DNA of 64,000 nucleotides from Perkinsus olseni (Eukaryota): NCBI GenBank assembly GCA_013115125.1, contig JABANN010000072.1, positions 1 to 64,000 of the forward strand, read 5' to 3'. Shown piece by piece: positions 51,601 to 64,000 of this stretch (position 1 is its first letter; each line of letters starts with the position of its first letter). The notes under the pieces were generated by a model. It saw only the letters and a program-made list of their open reading frames with translations, ran no database searches and was not told where the DNA came from. The position numbers and the translations under genes were made by a program.

Positions 51601-54600
51601 GCATCCCTACCTCTGTTAGTTCGAATACGTTTCGGGTTATTAGTTCACCGCTAATTCTCATTCCGCGGGATCACATCACAGTCTCGAGAGAGCACTGGAA
51701 ACCCGCTCGGCAGCGGCCGACGTTGGCGACACGACTCTGCAACCGATGCTGTAAAAGATCCATGACGAATATGCGACATAGTCCAGCGCACAGTGTCATC
51801 CCCTCAGACCTCGTTTGCACGACGAGGCGTCCTCGTCAGCTGCCGGTACACGGATCTGATTCAGATATGAGCAGTAAAGGCGAGGGCGCACTCTGGTAGT
51901 CTTTTGGGGAGTAATTGACACGACCCAACTTCGAACGGCTCGCAGAAAACTCCGCAGTTCGGGAAGTACTGCCGTCAGGCGACGCGGATCCAAACCAGTT
52001 AAGCTTGCAGGCTGAACTGTAACGCTCCTTTGGACAGCTACCCTAACATACCACCATCTCTATGATTAGGAAATCCACTGAGGGATACCCTAAGGTTACG
52101 ACGGAGAGCTTTCTTGTTGAACGCGATTATCCGACTCCTCGGGAATACCACATACCAAACTTCCTAATGGCAGAGCCACGGTGAGCCGAGCTCCCTTAAG
52201 TACGATGCATGAGGGTCGTTAGCTGAGCTGACTCAGCTCTGCCACGATGATTGCGCCCGAGGTGTCCATTAGCCTCGGTCCCCTATCCTTGAAGTACCAG
52301 GCATATCATGGGGGGTTCATTGCTCATTCAATCAATGCGAGAATAGGCGTCGGCAGGCCCATGACATGGACGGCAACTTGCCCTGCCGAGACTAAACCGT
52401 TAGCGAACGTTCCATCTCGAAGCTGCGAAGCAATGGTGGCCTTGAGGTGACGGTGACCTCGCGCCATCACCTTGCGGTATTTCCGCACCCACTGCGTCAC
52501 CGTGACCGTCCCTTGTGCCAGGACTGCCTCACCTCATCATGATCCAGAACGTAAAGTAGGTCCATAGTGCATTGAGTAAGCTCATGCTTCTTGATGACAG
52601 CGTGTCTAACGTCTACACCCCGATACATGCCGCCAGTACCTGGAGCAGGAATATCTTTCGGCGGTCGAGTATAATACAAAAGGTCCCTCGACGAACAATC
52701 CCATGAAATCTTGAAGACTCATTTCATGAGCCTGTTTCTACCATCCCCTACAGGTCACCTACCTTCTTCCTGAATGACAGCTCGCATCAACATGTCTCGT
52801 GCAGTTCGGAGTATAGTGCCGAGGACGTCATACCTGACACTAAGCCATCCAGGATGGAAAGAAACTTTACTCATCTAATTTACTACTACTCGTCACTAAT
52901 TATACTTCGAAATAGTAAACGTTATTATCAACCTGACCTCCCTTAAGTTTCGAACGCTCACCACTTACTCAGTAGCCAACATAACAGTAACATCCTTGCG
53001 GGTGAACATCTGACACGTAAAGTCCCCCAGCTCGCTATGTCGTTGTATCTCGGCAGCGGCAGACGGGTCCTCAGATCCCAGGCCAGCCTGAGAAATATGA
53101 AATCCATCCACCAGGAATAGAACCAACGACCCATCACAGTAAGGAGTTGCTACCTCTCGAGCTGGGCTGGTTCGTGCTAGGGCCAAGTCGTAATACAGGC
53201 GTACAAAAAGTATTGAAAAATCGTGTTTGAACCTGCTAAAGACCTCAGCACACCCGCAGCGGGTGTTTTCTTAGCGAGTGACCCGGTAAGAAAACGCAGA
53301 TCATGTCAACTATAATGACTTTTGACTGGCACCGGGTCTCATTGGTCCTAATATAATTCAAGGACCTCACGCGCGCAGATAGATGAGTCACAACTATCAC
53401 AAGTTGTACTCAATCAGAGCTGATCTGTAATGAGAGAGGATACGAATTAACTTCCCTCTACGTACGTTAAATCAAGCATCTGATCTACTATAAAATTGGT
53501 GAGAGCTTTCCTTCCCTTCGTCCCCAGTCTGTGCAGACTAGTCAGCAAAGCCTCGATAATGGTTAACGGGGTAGTAGCCGGCGTCTCCGTATCGAAAGGT
53601 ACCTGGTCCAGCGACGGGGAGACGCGAATGAGCAAGATTCAAAGTATGGCCTTGAGAACTATTATGCAGTACGCCGCACGATGGCGCCGAAATTCAAAAT
53701 GCCGAAGAAAAGGAGCCTTGACGAACCGTCTGTGCACACGCCTCTAAAGTACCAAAATCACGGATGAGACTTTCGACAGATAGTATGAGCCACAACATAA
53801 GAATATGGCTTTGCAAATGCGTGCAAATGAGTCCTACGCGAAGATATCTACAATCCATTTTCCCCTTGGGCCCAAGGACCTTGGGGGACTCTGAATTTTG
53901 GCCGCATCATCGTGCGTCGTCTCTCCCAGGTACGCTATATGCCAATACTCGGCATCAGTGGACTGTCGAGCATGATTCCAACTACCAGCAATGAGATAGC
54001 CCTTTCCGTGGAGTACTATACATGGACACTACCCGAAAACAGCTCCCGAATTACTGGAATTGGGCACATACCACATTTTTCCGGAATACTCAGAGATTAT
54101 TCAGGGCACCGCCGCCAAACTGAGCTCGGCACTCAGAATCCACACAAAACCCACAGTCCCCTACCGATCGATTTGTCGCCTTATCGAGCCTCAGAGCAGG
54201 AGACTGTAGAATTGCCTTCGCTGTGCATCGCCGTAGCCCATCATGCAGAGTTGACAGGTCCATCATCCACTGCAGTATGATGGATATTTGCTCGTCCAAT
54301 AGAGGTAGCCGAGCTCTGATGTCGAAGGGAGGAAGGCTGAGGTGGTAGAAGAGACGTGCCCTACAACTGCTGAGGTGAATCGGCCAACTCACTTCGGCGT
54401 CCCTGCCTTTAACGAGTCCTTCACAGTCATGGTCTCGTGTACCATTTCTAACAGAATGCCACATACCACACCTGAGAGAGAAGGAAATGGAGTGCGCCGG
54501 GAATAATAACCCGTAGCTAATGACGCCGGCAGGATTCGAACCCGCGACCTCGGGAAGCTGATCCAGTTCCACATCAACACCATGTTCCTACACGACAAGG

Positions 54601-55702
54601 TACCCACACCCTTACCAATCGCCGATGTTAATATCGATCTGGTGAGGGTAGGAAGCCCGTCAGCTGGATCCACATCAGGCAAGGGTCCCGTGTGGCGACG
54701 ACAGAAGCCTTGAGGTTTCCAAGCATATGCATCGCCGCAGTCACAGCAGCCGTAATCCGACCTGACCGGAGACGCTGGAATAAACATTATCAAACACAAG
54801 TGACGACTCTGCCAGAGTTCACTAGCACATATTCTGATATGTTCGGTGGACTGCTAGTCAGTTCACTAGTCGGTCAACACACTCACCGCATGAGCACCAC
54901 CAGGTGACGAACTTCGTCGAGTAATATAGATTCTTCCGACCCACCTTGATATGAAGAAGTCATGGCCTTCATGGTCTCCCTCGTCGAAGCAAGCAACACA
55001 GATACACGACGCCGAACCTGTCAAAAACTACAGTAACAGATTCAATTTTCCAAACAAATCAGTTCATAAACTTACTCAACCCACAGGTTTTGCATCCGTA
55101 GGCGATGGTCTCACGGCCATCAGCGACGTACCTGAAATCAGAGCCAAAATGACGGCTCCGGGAATCGAACCTGGGTGCCAGACAACATCAAGGAGACGAT
55201 GATGCTGCCTAATGAACACCGAACCGTGATACAATGATCCCGATTCCGATTCGTCCAGAGCAATCCTGAAGCGAGCTGCGATCGGCGAAGGACTTCGAAA
55301 AAGCCAAACTTGATTCACAGAATATCTGCCTCCCGATCGTACCAGACTGAATCACAGCGACATTTAGCGCCTTTACTGCTCGGTAGGGATTCACACCTGA
55401 CAAGCAACCGTCTGGTCCTCGGTTCAAATCCCACGGGTCATGCATCATACCATTTCGTCGCCGCGTCGATAAGGTCTGAGCACTTATCTTTCGACGCCCC
55501 ACTGCACTCTCCTCCGCTAACAGGCGCCAAACCTGTTACGATTCACCTTTGGAGTGGTACGAGCTGCACGCATGCACTTACTGTAAAGGACTGTATCGAG
55601 ATAGTGCTGCAATCGCTGAGCTTGGGGATCCGCGGCATCTTCCGAACTCTTATCCAACATCGAAGCCGGGGCGTTGATGAAAGCTTCATACCTGCGATTC
55701 AT
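42623..55702 (-). CDS. UBR-box (N-recognin) E3 ubiquitin ligase, multi-exon; 3' end uncertain
   Basis: Spliced UBR zinc finger: YGCKTCGL|SSASCICVACFDEGDHEGHDFFISR|SDYGCCDCGDAYAWKPQGFCRRH. Later UBR1/2-like segments TCQMFT (~53010), RVQRGAHVE (~50420), RRRLVQRRMMSL|VRSRQQEFL (~45030-44810) and RING-start-like TCVICFGG (~44540). Confidence 0.75.
50148..50388. mobile_element. Tc1/mariner-type MITE in an intron of the UBR gene
   Basis: Imperfect TIRs CAGCCCGGTCAAAAAACTGTCCAGAGC and (reverse complement) CAGTCCGGTCGACAAAAACTGTCCAGAGC, flanked by TA at 50146-47 and 50389-90. 241 bp, no transposase. Confidence 0.8.
51242..51405 (-). mobile_element. Tyrosine-recombinase-like fragment (DIRS/Crypton-type remnant?)
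   Basis: Translation AGIVAIFGLFRADEVISLSYDDVTF resembles YR box I (GxxRxxExxxLxxxDV). It is bounded by stops and lies in a long non-exonic stretch of the UBR gene. Confidence 0.45.
54521..54551 (-). pseudogene. tRNA 3'-half fragment in UBR intron
   Basis: Minus strand GAGGTC-GCGGG-TTCGAAT-CCTGC-CGGCGTC-A. Confidence 0.75.
55150..55176 (-). pseudogene. tRNA 3'-end fragment next to the 3' splice site of a UBR intron
   Basis: Minus strand CCAGG-TTCGATT-CCCGG-AGCCGTC-A-TTTT, then GGCTCTGATTTCAG acceptor (55132). Confidence 0.7.
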
Positions 55703-57369
55703 AACCAGAATGATGCGCTAACGGATTAGTACTCGATCCAGGAAATTGAAGCGAACTTGAGAATTGACAATATATAACAAGATCGTATTTGCTGCGATAG
55801 AACTGCCTGCTCGCATTCTTTCCACTAGCAATGAATCCGAGAGGGGCAATAAGACTTCGAAACGGACCAACTCCCTTACATGGTAATCAGCTGTTCTTCC
55901 ATCCACTCCGGACGTCCGAGGCCCTTGTGCAGTGCCTACGAGCTTAGATTAATATACCCCGGTGATGTAGAAAGTAGGTATTAATTAGGACACTTCGCCA
56001 CATGCAGGAATGAGGCAGCCACTATGCCACATGGACTGCCAGTGGACGATGATATAATCAGTGCTACAGTGCTATTGATACCAAATTTTTATATTACTAG
56101 ATTACCGATACTACGTGATCCTCTTTGTGCTGCGTGAGGAACAGGAGAGAAGGTCGAGGTATCAGGTACATTCCAAGAGTTAGCAATGATGCATCCGGAA
56201 TTTTCAATTAAGATAATGCCAAGAGCCATTGGCGTGACCCTTGCGATTTCCAAGTCCCGCCTCAGAGTAATCAAGAATGCATTGCTTGTAGGTGTGGATA
56301 CCAAAACATCGTAGCGTTGTGCTAGTGCGAGTACTATGCATATTGTGAGACGTGTCTTGACGGCCCTTAGGTGAGCATATAGAGGAGGGTGTATTCATCT
56401 CATCGTTTGCCTTGATGATCTGAGAGTCCCGCCAATCATGGCCGGAATCCCCAGGCGGGGAGGAGGGGCGATCCGGATGCGTTTCGCGTGCCGACTGAAT
56501 TGCTTTGGAGTTTCACTAAGTGACCTGGAAATGGTATAGAGGCATGCATTGATCTCATTGTTTGCCGTGATGATCTGAGAGTTACCAAGATCTCTTCCCA
56601 ATGACTCTCATACCGGCTGATACCATCCGTCCAAGATTACATTCATCTACCGAACCACAATTGCCATAATATTATATCCCGTTCTGGATCTATATTGATA
56701 ACGGCTAATACTAGCGAGAAAAATTACTCATATTTCGCAGTTGAGGCATGAGTTGTGTGACGATGAATTCTACGACACCATAGGATTTTTGGGTCCCTCA
56801 CTCGAGCTTGTTGAATCCAACTTTTCAATCATTATATCCCAAATTCTCGAGAGTACTGACGAGCCTCGCCGGCCCCGAAGTTCAATGCAATCGATCAGCC
56901 CAATTCAGCAGTACCTTTATCATGGACCCCTGCATTTCCATTACAGTGCAAGCGCCCTCGTCGCCACTACGGCCCTCCGGATCAGATTCACTGCCAGAGG
57001 GATCCTCAGCTGGTCGGGAATGAACTGCCATCGTGAATGGTAGGCTGTAGGAGAAAGATAACACCCCGAGATGAACTATGTGACAGAGAAACTCATCCCC
57101 AAGTTTATTAGATGCTTGTTAGATGCACTATTGGACCTAACACAAAACTTATGGAGCACCCCCAGATCATTACTCCAACATGAAGGTCTCATTCGTGCCG
57201 AGAGTAACAGCGAGCATACGATCGTCAAGTTGCACCACCTTTGTTCCTGCGCAGTAGTGTGCGCATAACAGAGCATCGCTCCGCCGGATTTTCGCAATTT
57301 GTTTGTCATTTTACTTCATCAATGCGACCATTTATATAACATAATATCAACTTTATATAGGATATCATC

Positions 57370-63908
<6,539 letters not shown>

Positions 63909-64000
63909 GGATCTTGCTCATCTTGCCTCACCTTGCTATTCCCTAACACTGTATTAATTCAGTACTCGACGTTCCACTGCATCTTCTCCATTTGTGAGAG

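Noticed and set aside
54231-54246. Spliced-leader-like CCGTAGCCCATC
   Set aside because: Only a short partial resemblance to the dinoflagellate/Perkinsus SL; it lacks the TGGCTCAAG end.
55411-55443. Extra T-loop-like GGTTCAAATCCC (similar weak cases at ~6275, ~53225, ~62595)
   Set aside because: Stem pairing is poor; cannot be distinguished from chance by eye.
56000-57300. Short ORFs between the UBR and DDX3 genes
   Set aside because: Fragmented, with no recognisable motif or consistent exon chain.

Overview
Eukaryotic, intron-rich genomic DNA (short GT-AG introns, moderate GC). Gene style suggests a protist, probably an alveolate such as Perkinsus (inference only). I assembled the exon models by hand, so boundaries are approximate. 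Main content: (1) an unknown minus-strand gene (472-3315); (2) a giant multi-exon gene for a secreted, probably GPI-anchored surface protein (4300-23000); (3) two tandem intronless paralogs of a secreted repeat-domain family, each with an NLS-like basic linker, the second one frameshifted (23727-28880); (4) zinc-finger/PHD coding fragments and degraded transposon-like debris (31-42 kb); (5) a minus-strand UBR-box (N-recognin) E3 ligase gene (~42.6-55.7 kb) whose introns hold a Tc1/mariner-type MITE and a tyrosine-recombinase-like fragment; (6) a DDX3/Ded1 DEAD-box helicase gene (57370-~63908). The most striking signal is in the introns. One 102-nt intron is almost entirely an intact tRNA-Arg(TCG). 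About ten other introns in three unrelated genes carry tRNA-derived T-arm/3'-half sequences, often with the oligo-T tail running into the 3' splice site. A second ~18-nt motif (AATTTCGTGGCGCGYGA) recurs about 14 times, as far as I can see only in introns, in both orientations.
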